A stretch of DNA of 64,000 nt from Candidatus Woesearchaeota archaeon (GTDB lineage: Archaea; Nanobdellota; Nanobdellia; Woesearchaeales; JAHWIC01). The notes below the pieces were generated by a model. The model was not told where the DNA came from. It was given only the letters and a program-made list of their open reading frames with translations, and did no database searches. The stretch is from positions 23,216 through 87,215 of the forward strand of contig JAHWIK010000015.1 in NCBI GenBank assembly GCA_019322485.1. Direction: 5' to 3'. Shown here one piece after another: positions 9,911 through 19,767 of the stretch; position 1 is the stretch's first letter, and the number at the start of each line of letters is the position of its first letter. The position numbers and the translations under genes are program-made.

Positions 9911-12505
9911 CTATTTAACATCCTTTACAGGACTTTCTCTAAAATCTTTAACACCGTCTCTTACAAGCTCAGCATACTTAACTGGATTCTGCATATAATC
10001 CTGGAGAACTGCTGCACGTCCTTGTTCTTCAACAAGTTTTAAGATGATAGGAACGCCTAAATAAAGATGGCTTTGATTCTCGCTAATCTCGCGGTCAATA
10101 GCTTTTTGCGATATGCCAAATCTCTCTTTGTTTTCTCTTATCCAGTGCCAGGCAAGGGCATGCACAATTGCTTCGTCTGTAATCTTGCTCATGTACTTAG
10201 CTTCTTCTAAATTCTCATATGTTATCTCATCTCCGTCTCTTGAAACTTTAATGAGACTTTCCATAATCTTCCCGCTGTAAGGACCGATTAGGCAATGCAG
10301 TGTCTCACAATACATTGAAAAGTGTGCCCCTCCTACGTCTTCTTCATGAGCTTTGACAAAGATATATTCAGGGTCTAGCTTGACCTTTCCGTCTTTAAGA
10401 TTGCCTGTTCCTCCTCCACGGCCTCCTTCTCCTGCATCTAAATCAAGTGGTGGCAGTTTATCTTTGCGACCATCTGCATGAACAGCATAGGTTTGTCCAA
10501 TTACTCTCCTCCCAACTTGATTTACAATATAGATTGGCATGGAATCTCCCTTAGTTTCAGCTAAATCATCAATACTTTGAACTGCCTTAAGATGAAAATT
10601 AGTTCTTAGACCAAGCTTATCATAATCTTCAACTACATGACCAAGTGCTTCTTGAAACATAGACGGTTCATACTTCTTCAATGGCTGAATATATGTTCTC
10701 GTCTTTAATGTCTCAAATGAAACCTCAGTCACATCACTAAAACGTCCTCTGTGTTTTGGATGCCTCAAACTTTTCCAGATCCAGTCTCTGACCTTTAGTA
10801 GCAGTCCATCTTCCCTTATAGAGTTTTCAAAATTTCCTTTAACAATCACACCTTCTTCAGGAATATAACGATAATCTCCAACTTTTTTTGCTTTTAGCCT
10901 CAACTGGACTCTTCCAGCCTGGATTCTATCTAAGCTTGTATATTCGAGAAGCAATTCAATACCTGCTCTTTGAGGGCTGTTCCTTGTATCTTCAAAAAGT
11001 TGATTTTTCATCTCCCTGTAATCGGCTAATGCAACGTCATAAGTAATACTGCTTACTTTTCTTCTTCCACTTACAATCATAAGTAAAGGATGTATAGAAC
11101 TATGGTATTCCTCGAGGAGTGCACCTAAGTCTCCATTACCTGGTTGCCACAAGGCATCGAATAAGGCTTTGATATGTTGTATCTCTTCTTCGCTCATATC
11201 CTTGATAATAGGCCAATCTAATTGCCTATGATGTTTAGTTGCCGCATGCACAGACTCATTATCAACAGCAGAAAGCAGGTCTTGTTCAGTTTGGAACCCA
11301 AACCCAAAAGCATGCTTGGTCACACATACAGTTGCTGGCTGTCCACTTGGCTGATTACGTTCAACGTACATAGCTGTCTTTCCACTAAACTTCTTAATCC
11401 CATCATTTTCTCGAGTATCATCTCCTACATACCTGAACTCTCTAATAGACTCAAATAGAGGATTCTCGTCTCCTAAATGCTCCAGCAATTCATCAAGATA
11501 CTGCTGCCTTAGATTCTCAGCAACTTTTGCTTCGTGGTAAGTAAGTAAGCGTTCTGGCGGGCCATCCTGTCCAGCCTTTGAAAGTCTTTTTCCTATGGCA
11601 CTTAAATGATGGGGAAGATTAAATCTTGTTTTTAGGGCGTCAACAACTCCTGGCCTTACTTCCTCCCAATTTCTTGCTTCCTCTAACTTGGAGAGATATT
11701 CAAGATGGGTTGTAAGTAAATGTTCGGCATATCTTAGAGATATTGTATCAGGCGGTATAAGCCCACCACTAGGGTCAATCTTGATATGTTTTCTAATCTG
11801 ATGCTCATAACAGTCAAGTTCCTCTACAATGTCAAGTAGTCTTGTTGAGAGCGTTCCTTCTGCAGTTAAGCAGTATTTAATCAAGTCATTCCGTCCTGAG
11901 GCATACTGTTTACCATGTCTGAATTCATGATCTCTTAGAGCACATATAAAATCAGCTGCAGTCTCCATACTGGATTTTTCAGTGCTAAATGCACGAGAAC
12001 TTATTTCAATTCTGCTATTCTTGCCCTCTACTTTTCCATCTATGAACCTTGAGTTCTCTGGAGTAAATGCCCTCATTGCTGCCCTAGTGTCCTTTTTGAA
12101 ATAATCTGAGTTTGGAGCATATTTCATACCCATAACATATTCAGGCAAACCAATCTGTTTCTTGACTAAATCAATAAAATGAGCTCTTCTGCCTTCATCC
12201 CTTTGAGCAAGCCTGAATTCCTTTTCTAAATCAACTTTTGCTTCCCTAACAATAGGTGGTTTTTCTGCTATTGGCCTAGAATCAACCGCAGGACTGCTTC
12301 TTGAGAGATACCAGCCAGCTAAACCAGCAACTATAGAAAATCCAGCTGCAGCAATTATTCCAGGAACAGCATAACTTCTTTGTTGCTGCGCCTCTTGAGC
12401 TGCTTGCTCAGCAGCTTCTCTTTCTGCAGCCTGCTTTTTTAGCCTTTCCTGCCTTTTGGTTAAACCCTTGTGTTTTTCTCTCTTCTTTCTGCTTTTTGAA
12501 CCCAT
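9911..12505 (-). CDS. large (864 aa) membrane-anchored protein with a conserved HExxH motif (putative zinc metallopeptidase-like ectodomain)
   Basis: N-terminus 'MGSKSRKKREKHKGLTKRQERLKKQA' followed by a TM helix; 'DHEFRHGKQY' aligns with 'DHEYRHVEIF' of the paralog. No other recognised domain. Confidence 0.5.
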   Translation of the reverse strand: MGSKSRKKREKHKGLTKRQERLKKQAAEREAAEQAAQEAQQQRSYAVPGIIAAAGFSIVAGLAGWYLSRSSPAVDSRPIAEKPPIVREAKVDLEKEFRLAQRDEGRRAHFIDLVKKQIGLPEYVMGMKYAPNSDYFKKDTRAAMRAFTPENSRFIDGKVEGKNSRIEISSRAFSTEKSSMETAADFICALRDHEFRHGKQYASGRNDLIKYCLTAEGTLSTRLLDIVEELDCYEHQIRKHIKIDPSGGLIPPDTISLRYAEHLLTTHLEYLSKLEEARNWEEVRPGVVDALKTRFNLPHHLSAIGKRLSKAGQDGPPERLLTYHEAKVAENLRQQYLDELLEHLGDENPLFESIREFRYVGDDTRENDGIKKFSGKTAMYVERNQPSGQPATVCVTKHAFGFGFQTEQDLLSAVDNESVHAATKHHRQLDWPIIKDMSEEEIQHIKALFDALWQPGNGDLGALLEEYHSSIHPLLMIVSGRRKVSSITYDVALADYREMKNQLFEDTRNSPQRAGIELLLEYTSLDRIQAGRVQLRLKAKKVGDYRYIPEEGVIVKGNFENSIREDGLLLKVRDWIWKSLRHPKHRGRFSDVTEVSFETLKTRTYIQPLKKYEPSMFQEALGHVVEDYDKLGLRTNFHLKAVQSIDDLAETKGDSMPIYIVNQVGRRVIGQTYAVHADGRKDKLPPLDLDAGEGGRGGGTGNLKDGKVKLDPEYIFVKAHEEDVGGAHFSMYCETLHCLIGPYSGKIMESLIKVSRDGDEITYENLEEAKYMSKITDEAIVHALAWHWIRENKERFGISQKAIDREISENQSHLYLGVPIILKLVEEQGRAAVLQDYMQNPVKYAELVRDGVKDFRESPVKDVK

Positions 12506-12661
12506 GGGAAAGGAGAATTTTTAACCTTATAAAAACCTTTGCTATGTTACTACTTATAAATAATCATAGAGTAAGCTTTTCTTTTATTCACTATTGAGCG
12601 AAACCTTTAAAAATCACCCATATTTCTTCTATAAGACATCAATTAATTAGGAGACTATAAT

Positions 12662-13294
12662 ATGTTTTACAAAGTTGAACTGAAAGACCACATAAGGGTG
12701 CCGCCTGATTTATTTGGCTTGCCTTTAGATGAAGCTGTGATAAAGAGGATAAAGACAAAGTACTCTGGGTTTATATCAAAGGACCTTGGTGTGGTTATTG
12801 ATGTTTCTGAAGTAGACAGCATAGGTGAAGGAATAATAGTGCCTGGTGATGGCGCTTCTTACTATGATGTTACATTCAAGCTTCTTACTTTTAGGCCGGA
12901 ATTGCAGGAAGTTGTTATGGGAAAGATAAGGGAAATAGCTGACTTTGGTGCTTTTATGACTCTAGGCCCAATAGACGGCATGATACACATTTCACAAACA
13001 ATGGATGATTTTGTAAGCTTTAGCAAGGATAAGACCCTGTCTGGAAAGGAAACAAAGAAATCCCTGAGTGTTAATGACGTTTGCAGGGGCAGGGTAATAG
13101 CTGTGTCCTATAAAGATCCAATGAATCCCAAGATTGGCCTGACAATGAGGCAAGGCGGCTTGGGAAGGCTTGACTGGATAGAAGCAGAGCATGAGAAGGA
13201 AGAAAAAGAAAAAGCTGAAGAAGAGCCTGAAGAAAAGAAAGGCAAGGAAAAGCCAAAAGAGAAGAAGAAGGCTAAAGGGAATAAGAAAAAATGA
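12662..13294 (+). CDS. rpoE: DNA-directed RNA polymerase subunit E' (Rpo7/Rpb7 homolog) with a Lys/Glu-rich C-terminal tail
   Basis: 'MFYKVELKDHIRVPPDLFG' N-terminus and an S1 domain, characteristic of Rpo7; followed by spt4, S24e and S27ae as in the conserved archaeal cluster. Confidence 0.85.
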   Translation: MFYKVELKDHIRVPPDLFGLPLDEAVIKRIKTKYSGFISKDLGVVIDVSEVDSIGEGIIVPGDGASYYDVTFKLLTFRPELQEVVMGKIREIADFGAFMTLGPIDGMIHISQTMDDFVSFSKDKTLSGKETKKSLSVNDVCRGRVIAVSYKDPMNPKIGLTMRQGGLGRLDWIEAEHEKEEKEKAEEEPEEKKGKEKPKEKKKAKGNKKK

Positions 13295-13341
13295 GCTTAG
13301 AAATCAAAGATTTCTGGCTCATTGAAATTCGGTGAATTTCA

Positions 13342-13527
13342 ATGAAGAAAAAGGTATGCAAGGAATGCAAGATATTTGTTGAAGGCAATGTATGTCCTGT
13401 TTGCAAAGGTAATCAGTTTTCTCCAAATTGGCAGGGTAGATTGCATATTCTTGACGCAGATAAGTCAATAGTAGCAAAGAAAGTAGGGCTAAAGGTACAC
13501 GGCGAGTATGCAATAAAGGTAAGGTGA
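13342..13527 (+). CDS. spt4: RNA polymerase subunit E'' / transcription elongation factor Spt4
   Basis: 61-aa Zn-ribbon 'CKECKIFVEGNVCPVCKG'; conserved position between rpoE and S24e. Confidence 0.75.
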   Translation: MKKKVCKECKIFVEGNVCPVCKGNQFSPNWQGRLHILDADKSIVAKKVGLKVHGEYAIKVR

Positions 13528-13531
13528 AACT

Positions 13532-13936
13532 ATGGATCTTAAGATTATTGAGAAGAAAGAACAACCTATGCTCTCTAGGATAGAGATAAAGGGAAAACTT
13601 GAGTTTCAGGGAGCAACCCCTTCAGCTAATGAGGTTAAAAAACAATTATCTTCAGAATTAAAGGTTGATGAAAAGCTTATTGCTGTTAAGAACATCTCCA
13701 CCTATTTTGGTGTTAACAATGCTGACTTAGTTGCTTATGCTTATCTTAACAAAGAAGATATGGACAAGGTAGAGCCAAAGCCAAAGGAAAAGGCTGGAGC
13801 AAAGCCTGCTGCTAAAGAAGCTCCTAAGGAAGCTGCTAAAGAGGCTCCTAAGGAAGCGCCAAAAGAAAAGCCTAAAGAAGAAGCTCCTAAAGAAAAGCCT
13901 AAAGAGGCACCAAAGGAAGAAAAGCCTAAGGAATAA
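13532..13936 (+). CDS. rps24e: 30S ribosomal protein S24e with a KEAP-repeat C-terminal tail
   Basis: 'KIIEKKEQPMLSRIEIKGKLEFQGATPS' matches the S24e N-terminal consensus; tail 'KEAPKEAAKEAPKEAPKEKPKEEAPKEKPKE'. Confidence 0.8.
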   Translation: MDLKIIEKKEQPMLSRIEIKGKLEFQGATPSANEVKKQLSSELKVDEKLIAVKNISTYFGVNNADLVAYAYLNKEDMDKVEPKPKEKAGAKPAAKEAPKEAAKEAPKEAPKEKPKEEAPKEKPKEAPKEEKPKE

Positions 13937-13938
13937 AA

Positions 13939-14160
13939 ATGGCAAAGAAAAAAGTAAAACCAAAGAGACCAAGCAAAAGATACTCATTATACGAGAAATC
14001 AGGAGAGAAGAAGAACAGGTTCTGCCCTAAGTGCGGCCCTGGAATTTTTATGGCAAAGCATAATGATAGAATAGTTTGCGGTACATGCCATTATACTGAA
14101 TTTATTAAGTCAGAAACACCAGCTGATAAAAAAGCAGATAAACCAGCTGAGAAAAAATAA
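13939..14160 (+). CDS. rps27ae: 30S ribosomal protein S27ae
   Basis: C4 zinc-ribbon 'CPKCGPGIFMAKHNDRIVCGTCHYTEF', typical of S27ae. Confidence 0.8.
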   Translation: MAKKKVKPKRPSKRYSLYEKSGEKKNRFCPKCGPGIFMAKHNDRIVCGTCHYTEFIKSETPADKKADKPAEKK

Positions 14161-14162
14161 TC

Positions 14163-15056
14163 CTATTTCTTTGATTCTGAGCCCTGAAAAATAAGCAAGT
14201 CCTCTGTTGTAAGCTTTTCTCTCTTTTTTATCTTTTCCTGGACAAGTTCTTCCTTATCCTTTAACATAGTTTCTACCTTTTTCTTTTTTGCTTCCCTGGT
14301 TTCAATGTTGTTTTTGTCCAGCTCTTCTTTTATCTTGCCCAGCTCTGCGAGTTTATGCTTCAATTCATTATTGACATCATTGAATTTAACCTTGAATTCA
14401 GTAAATTTCATAAATGCTTTTTCTTCCTCGAGCTTTAACTCATCAAGCTGCTTAACTGAGGTAACCATTTCCTCATGCCTTTTCTGGGATTCTTTTGCTG
14501 TGGTCTGTATCTTTTTATGGATGTCCTGCGCCTTATTTTTCGCTTCATCTGTTTTTACTGATATGCCCCCTATGTCTTCACTGAGCTTCTTTATCTCTTT
14601 TGATTCGTTATACTTCTTTTTTAGGGTGTTAATCTGTTTCATCAGTTTCTTTTCCTTCTCAAATGACATTGCCTCTGTTTCTATACTCCCCTCCAGCCTT
14701 TCTATGAGGGGCTTTAGATTAGACGGATCTTCTTCTATATGCAGTTTTTTCATCAGGTCTGTCTTCTGGGTCCTTAGGCCTTTTATCTTAGAAATATGCT
14801 TTTTTGTTTCCTTGTTGAGCTTATCGCGCTCTTTCTTATCCTTCTTGACCTGATCTGTTAGAGAATTACGCTGATCCTTATTTTCGTTTACACTTTTTCT
14901 GATGTCACTTATCTTGTTTTTGAACTCTTCTTTTTTCTTGAACCATTCCTCTTTTTGTTCATCTATCTGGTTCAATCTTTCTTTTAATACAGACAGTTCC
15001 TTCTTCTTCTCATCCAGTTTCCTAAATAGCTCTTTCTTCTGTTCTTGCGTTAACAT
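14163..15056 (-). CDS. coiled-coil protein (K/E-rich, 297 aa), function unknown
   Basis: Heptad-like K/E/L-rich sequence throughout; no catalytic motif. Confidence 0.4.
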   Translation of the reverse strand: MLTQEQKKELFRKLDEKKKELSVLKERLNQIDEQKEEWFKKKEEFKNKISDIRKSVNENKDQRNSLTDQVKKDKKERDKLNKETKKHISKIKGLRTQKTDLMKKLHIEEDPSNLKPLIERLEGSIETEAMSFEKEKKLMKQINTLKKKYNESKEIKKLSEDIGGISVKTDEAKNKAQDIHKKIQTTAKESQKRHEEMVTSVKQLDELKLEEEKAFMKFTEFKVKFNDVNNELKHKLAELGKIKEELDKNNIETREAKKKKVETMLKDKEELVQEKIKKREKLTTEDLLIFQGSESKK

Positions 15057-15106
15057 ACTTAGTCACGTTCACTATTTGTTGCATTTTAAATAAAAGACAA
15101 AAAAGT

Positions 15107-15427
15107 TTAGCCGAATAAGGCGCCTAGACCGGCAGCTGCTTTTTCTTCAGATTTTTTCTCTTCTTCTGCTGACTTTTTCTTCTCTTCTTTCTTTTCACCG
15201 CCTGCAGCAGGTGCTTCAGCAGCACTTGGAGCGGCAGCGGGTGCAGCAGCAACAGCAGCTGTTTCTATAGCCTTCTCTATATCAACACCTTCAAGGCTAG
15301 CAACCAGAGCTTTTATCCTGGCGTCATCAACTTTAACACCAGCAGCTTCCAGTACTTTCTTTACAGATGCTTCTTCAACTTTTTGTCCAGCTTTATGCAA
15401 CAACATAGCTGCATATATGTATTCCAT
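15107..15427 (-). CDS. rpl12: 50S ribosomal stalk protein P1 (L12e)
   Basis: '[31 protein letters not shown]' N-terminal dimerisation domain, Ala/Glu-rich hinge, C-terminal 'GLGALFG'. Confidence 0.85.
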   Translation of the reverse strand: MEYIYAAMLLHKAGQKVEEASVKKVLEAAGVKVDDARIKALVASLEGVDIEKAIETAAVAAAPAAAPSAAEAPAAGGEKKEEKKKSAEEEKKSEEKAAAGLGALFG

Positions 15428-15431
15428 TTTT

Positions 15432-17414
15432 CTACCTCCTTAAAGTACCTTTCTTGACAAGATCTTTAGCTAATTTCTCTACATCCTTACTTTCTGTTTT
15501 TTGTTTTCTTTCTGCTAATTCTTGAGCAGTAGGAACGTCACCTTTAAATTCTGCTTTTCCCTTATTTTCAGCCAATTCCTGGATACTAGGGACATCACCA
15601 GGCTCTTTTTCCTTCTTTTCTGCCAGTTCATGAGCAGAAGGGACATCCACCCTTGGCTTAAGCTTTCCTTTTTGTTTGGTTAACTCTTGAATACTAGGAA
15701 CATGAATTCTAGGCTTTGGTTCAGGTTTTGGAGGTTCTTTCTTTACTTCTTCTATTAATTTTTCTGCAGTTGGTTCTGTTCCTTGGGCAAACTGTGTTGC
15801 CTGCTCAACCATCTTTGCTGTTTTGTCTTCTGTTTTGATTGCCTTTTCAACCTGCTTTTCCTCTTTTTTAATCTCTTTTTCTAAAACCTCAGCTGCCTTT
15901 TCAATCTCTTCTTTTTTCTCCGGCTCTTTAATCTCTTCTTTCTTTGCTTCTTTTTTAATCTCTTTTATCGTTTCTTCGGCTTCTTTCTTGACCTCTTTTA
16001 TTTCAGCCTCTTTCTTTGGGAAAGCTGTTCCCATCACTTCAGGTTTTTGTGGCTCTTGTATGACTCTCTTCTCTTCTACCTTCTTTGCTATCTGCTCGTC
16101 TACCTGTATCTCTTTTTCAACCTGCTTCTCTTCCTTTTCAACCTCTTTCTTCAGCTCTTTTGCTTCTTCAGGCTTGATTTCTTCTTTTTTTGCCAGTCCA
16201 TCAATCTCTTCCTTTATCTCCTTTGCCTCTTGCTTTAGCTCTTTGATTACTTCTTCCTTTTTTTCCTCGGTTGGCTTCTCTTCTGGCTTTGGTTCTTCTT
16301 TTTTCTCCACTACTGGCATCTCTTTCTTTACTTCAACTTCTGTTGGTGGTTTTACCTCAACAGCCTTTTCCTCAACCTTAGGTTCAGGTTTCGGCTCTTC
16401 TTTTTTCTCTTCAGCCTTAGGCTTTTCTTCTGCTTTCGGCTCTTCCTTAGGTTTTTCCTCTGCCTTTGGAGGTTCTGGCTTAGGCTCTTCAGCAGGTTTC
16501 TCTTCAGGCTTCTTTTCCTCAGCCTTAGGCTCTTCTTTTTTCTCTTCAGCCTTTTCTGCTGTTTCAATGTTTGCACTTGATTTTAAGCCAAGCATTCCTC
16601 TTTCAGCCTTTGCCAGTAAATCATCAATAATCCCTTTATCAATAATACCTTCAGATAATCCTAAAGCCTTTGCCTCTCTGAATGCTTTTGCAAGCAATGG
16701 TTCAATAGTGGTTTTTGTTGGATAGCCAACATAAATAGCAACATTAAATGCACCGGATGCAGCTGCTCTCAAGTCAGCGTTGAATTTGTCTTCATCAATA
16801 GCAAGAACATCCTTTCCGAAGATTACCCCGTTTTCATATGTTGCAGTAAGGTCCAGGCCAACTTCCATTGGCTGTATATTGAATCTTATCAGCAACTCAG
16901 CTACTTTTGGCTTTATCTTCTCTCCTTCCTTAACAACAACAGAATCCTCTTTTACTGCTACTTTTCCGCCCTCAACACCGCATTTTATCCCTACTGCACC
17001 AAGTTCACCGATTATTGGTCCTGGCATGAATGATGTAGGGCCAGCAGGTATAACAATATCCTTTGGAGAGGTCTGTCCTGGCTTTGCAGGAGCAGTACTC
17101 TTGCTTTTTTGCAGTGTTTTGTATAATTTGAAAGGATTTTCATTTGTGAATAATAAAGCAGGCATTCCTTTTAGGTGAGGCACTAATTGTTCAATTCCTG
17201 GCTTCTTTTCTTTTGCATTCTCAATCGCTATCTTCATTATTCTCCTTTTTGTCATGAACATAGTGACCTTATCTCTTAACTGCTGCTTCATCTTCTGCAG
17301 CTGCGGAGCTGGAAGATTCTCCATATTAACAGCTCCAACAATAGGATACTTACTAATTAAATCAACAATCTCCTTTACAATCTTCTTCTTTTTGTCTGAT
17401 ACGTGAGCTTTCAT
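15432..17414 (-). CDS. rpl10: 50S ribosomal stalk protein P0 (L10e) with a ~330-aa K/E/P-rich low-complexity extension
   Basis: N-terminal ~280 aa match the P0/L10 family ('[42 protein letters not shown]'). It is in the conserved L1-L10-L12 order. 660 aa against the usual ~340 aa. Confidence 0.8.
   Translation of the reverse strand: MKAHVSDKKKKIVKEIVDLISKYPIVGAVNMENLPAPQLQKMKQQLRDKVTMFMTKRRIMKIAIENAKEKKPGIEQLVPHLKGMPALLFTNENPFKLYKTLQKSKSTAPAKPGQTSPKDIVIPAGPTSFMPGPIIGELGAVGIKCGVEGGKVAVKEDSVVVKEGEKIKPKVAELLIRFNIQPMEVGLDLTATYENGVIFGKDVLAIDEDKFNADLRAAASGAFNVAIYVGYPTKTTIEPLLAKAFREAKALGLSEGIIDKGIIDDLLAKAERGMLGLKSSANIETAEKAEEKKEEPKAEEKKPEEKPAEEPKPEPPKAEEKPKEEPKAEEKPKAEEKKEEPKPEPKVEEKAVEVKPPTEVEVKKEMPVVEKKEEPKPEEKPTEEKKEEVIKELKQEAKEIKEEIDGLAKKEEIKPEEAKELKKEVEKEEKQVEKEIQVDEQIAKKVEEKRVIQEPQKPEVMGTAFPKKEAEIKEVKKEAEETIKEIKKEAKKEEIKEPEKKEEIEKAAEVLEKEIKKEEKQVEKAIKTEDKTAKMVEQATQFAQGTEPTAEKLIEEVKKEPPKPEPKPRIHVPSIQELTKQKGKLKPRVDVPSAHELAEKKEKEPGDVPSIQELAENKGKAEFKGDVPTAQELAERKQKTESKDVEKLAKDLVKKGTLRR
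15554..16544 (-). repeat. low-complexity coding repeat region ([10 protein letters not shown] / EVKKEAEE units, then 4x 'DVPS[IA][QH]ELAE') inside the P0 gene
   Basis: Visible periodicity of gaa/aag/cct codons on the minus strand; the antisense S/F-rich ORF 15823..16725 is an artefact of this. Confidence 0.6.
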
Positions 17415-18256
17415 TTTTTAGCTTCACTCTTTGGAGCTTCCTTAGGCGTTTCGGCCTTAGGCTCTTCTTTTTTCTCTTCAGCCTTGGGTTCTTTTTGAGA
17501 AGTCTCCGACTTCTCTAAACCTTTCTCACTTTCGTTCGAAAGCTCTTTAGGAGCTTCCTTTGCAGGCTTTGGCTTCTTTCCCTTCTTTGCTTCTTCTTCT
17601 GTCTTTTCTCCTATCTTGACCACAGGACCCATGCTGAGCTTTAAGCAGACATTCTTCACATTATTCTTTCCGTCTGGCAGGTGGTGTATGACCTGGTCAT
17701 AGATAGACATTATGTTATCTATGACTTCATCGTCTTTCATATCCTCTTTTCCCGCTAAACATCTTACAACAGGATCATTAATTGTTCTTAATCTTATAGT
17801 TCTCTTTAGCTTTTCAGCTAATGGCTTTAGGTTTGCATTTGGCGGAACAACACACCCTGCTTTTGGGTTTGGCATCTTTCCTTTTGGGCCGAATACCCGG
17901 CCAAAAGATGTTGCTATCTTTGGCATGATTGTTGCCTGTGCTATGAAATAATCATAAGAGTTAGCCAGTTTCTTTACTATTTTCTTGTCCTTGTATTTTG
18001 GGAAATTATCAACAAGAACTGCTTCATCGCAGTTAGCTTTGGCGCTTTCACTTAGTTCAGGACCAATCAAAGCGCAGATTTTAGCCTGCTTCCCGCTTGG
18101 ATGGCTTAACTGCATGAAGAAATCAACCTTCTCTTCAGATTTCTTTAAGTTAATATGTTTTAGATTAATGATTAGGTCAACACTCTGTTTAAAATTCCTT
18201 TTAGTAGAAGTTTGCTTTACTCTCTTTAATGCTTCTGTTACTTGATTCTTATCCAT
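17411..18256 (-). CDS. rpl1: 50S ribosomal protein L1 with a K/E/P-rich C-terminal tail
   Basis: 'MDKNQVTEALKRVKQTSTKRNFKQSVDLIINLK' and overall L1 family similarity; overlaps the P0 start by 4 nt. Confidence 0.85.
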   Translation of the reverse strand: MDKNQVTEALKRVKQTSTKRNFKQSVDLIINLKHINLKKSEEKVDFFMQLSHPSGKQAKICALIGPELSESAKANCDEAVLVDNFPKYKDKKIVKKLANSYDYFIAQATIMPKIATSFGRVFGPKGKMPNPKAGCVVPPNANLKPLAEKLKRTIRLRTINDPVVRCLAGKEDMKDDEVIDNIMSIYDQVIHHLPDGKNNVKNVCLKLSMGPVVKIGEKTEEEAKKGKKPKPAKEAPKELSNESEKGLEKSETSQKEPKAEEKKEEPKAETPKEAPKSEAKK

Positions 18257-18348
18257 TCTACCCTCCTACTTGATAAGTAGTTGTACGGGAACAATTATGA
18301 GTATAGGATTTTGAGGGGGTTTATAAATGTTGTGGTGAAGGGGCAAAT

Positions 18349-19614
18349 TTAATTTATCCAGCCTAATTCTTTAGCAGTTTGTTGGCAAATTACAATCTGG
18401 TTTAGATTGGCACCCTGTCCTCCTCCATCCTCAGACAACACGATACCACCACACATTAAACATGCCTTATTTTGAGGATATAAAGGTTCTTTATTGGGCT
18501 CAGGAATTCCTTCTGGTATGTTGCAGCAGGACATGTAGGGTCCCCTTGGACAAGGTGCTGTATATTTGTCCTTTACAAAAGAAAGACCACTAAAATAACC
18601 AAGATTATGAGCATTTTCATGTATAAATGTTTCCAACTTTTCATCTCGATACGCGGATGAAGTTTCGAGTGAAATGTAAATGTTTGGGAAAGGGGCAAAA
18701 CTTAAGAAACCTTGATAACCACCATTTTGATGGAAGTCATTTAAAAAAATTATCGTGATACTGTCATAATGACTTATATTGATTTTCTGTTTTTTAATTT
18801 CTTTATCAAAAAAATCTACTATATCTTGATTTGACCCTGTGCGCCTTCCTCTTTGTGGAGGATCTTCTTCCAGCTTATATGGTCCAAAAATTGAAACATT
18901 AAAGATGTCATTATCATAGCTATAGCCATACCTTGCTGCTTCTTTCTTGAAAAAGTCATTTATATAAAACAAAGAGTGGGGTCCTGGGCTTCTGGTTGGT
19001 ACCGACTCGTCTGCTGTTACCTCGAGACCAAAATATCCATTAGGATTATTCAATACTTCTAAGAATGAAAAAGATTTATCTTCAATATCACAGTTCAATT
19101 GGCCGTTTGTCCAAAAACATTCTCTTTCGCCACTTAAATAATGTGTTCTGCAACAATAATAAGCTCTGCCATATTCAAAATCATCCTTAGCTTTAAATTC
19201 AATAACTGCAATTTTAATTGGCCTTCTTAATGACCCTTTTATACATTTGCCACCCTCACAAACAGAAAGCCCAGAACATTTATCTTGACATGATTTTATA
19301 CAAGCTCCATCTCTACAACCGTTTTCGCATTCATAAGGTTCAATTCTTATTCTATTGTTGCTGCAATAGTACTCATAAAGAGTATTGTTATTTCTGCATC
19401 TATCGGTATATATCCTTGTTATGCTTTTGTTCAGCCTAAACCAAGTCTTATAGGTATAACTTACACTTCCTTTTGTAAAATAATTTTGGCCGTCACTATC
19501 TGAACAGGATTCAGAACTTAACCAAAAAAATCCTCCGGTAAAATCTTTTATTTCTGCTAAATATACGGCTAGGAGGAGTAAGACAACCACAAGGATAATT
19601 GTTGACTTTTTCAT
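18349..19614 (-). CDS. secreted Cys-rich protein with an HExxH motif (putative zinc metallopeptidase)
   Basis: Signal/anchor 'MKKSTIILVVVLLLLAVYLA'; many Cys; 'IHENAHNLGYFSGLSF' zincin-like motif near the C-terminus. Confidence 0.5.
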   Translation of the reverse strand: MKKSTIILVVVLLLLAVYLAEIKDFTGGFFWLSSESCSDSDGQNYFTKGSVSYTYKTWFRLNKSITRIYTDRCRNNNTLYEYYCSNNRIRIEPYECENGCRDGACIKSCQDKCSGLSVCEGGKCIKGSLRRPIKIAVIEFKAKDDFEYGRAYYCCRTHYLSGERECFWTNGQLNCDIEDKSFSFLEVLNNPNGYFGLEVTADESVPTRSPGPHSLFYINDFFKKEAARYGYSYDNDIFNVSIFGPYKLEEDPPQRGRRTGSNQDIVDFFDKEIKKQKINISHYDSITIIFLNDFHQNGGYQGFLSFAPFPNIYISLETSSAYRDEKLETFIHENAHNLGYFSGLSFVKDKYTAPCPRGPYMSCCNIPEGIPEPNKEPLYPQNKACLMCGGIVLSEDGGGQGANLNQIVICQQTAKELGWIN

Positions 19615-19636
19615 TGATTTAGATTATTTTTTTGGT

Positions 19637-19647
19637 TGTATATAAAT
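19637..19647 (-). promoter_or_regulatory. TATA-box-like element ~27 nt upstream of the 18349..19614 gene
   Basis: 'ttgtatataaa' in the divergent intergenic region. Confidence 0.3.
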
Positions 19648-19736
19648 TTTTTGACCCATTCAATCATTTTTTTGTTTATTGCTGACCTGCTTTAAGCGGC
19701 TCTTGCAGACTCAAAAATTGAATATGCTATAGAAAA

Positions 19737-19746
19737 CTATAAATAC
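19737..19746 (+). promoter_or_regulatory. TATA-box-like element ~25 nt upstream of the 19768 start
   Basis: 'actataaata' at archaeal BRE/TATA spacing. Confidence 0.3.
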
Positions 19747-19767
19747 CAATTCATTCAAAATAAGAGT

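Noticed and set aside
9060-12505. HExxH motifs as chance occurrences
   Set aside because: Considered, because HExxH is short. Not dismissed, because the motif is conserved at equivalent positions in two paralogs with identical topology. Kept as a moderate-confidence call rather than a firm peptidase assignment.
15823-16725. 300-aa plus-strand ORF (S/F/G-rich) and other ORFs antisense to the P0 gene
   Set aside because: They are mirror images of the K/E/P low-complexity repeat in P0 (gaa/aag codons read as ttc/ctt on the opposite strand). They have no start context and are not independent genes.
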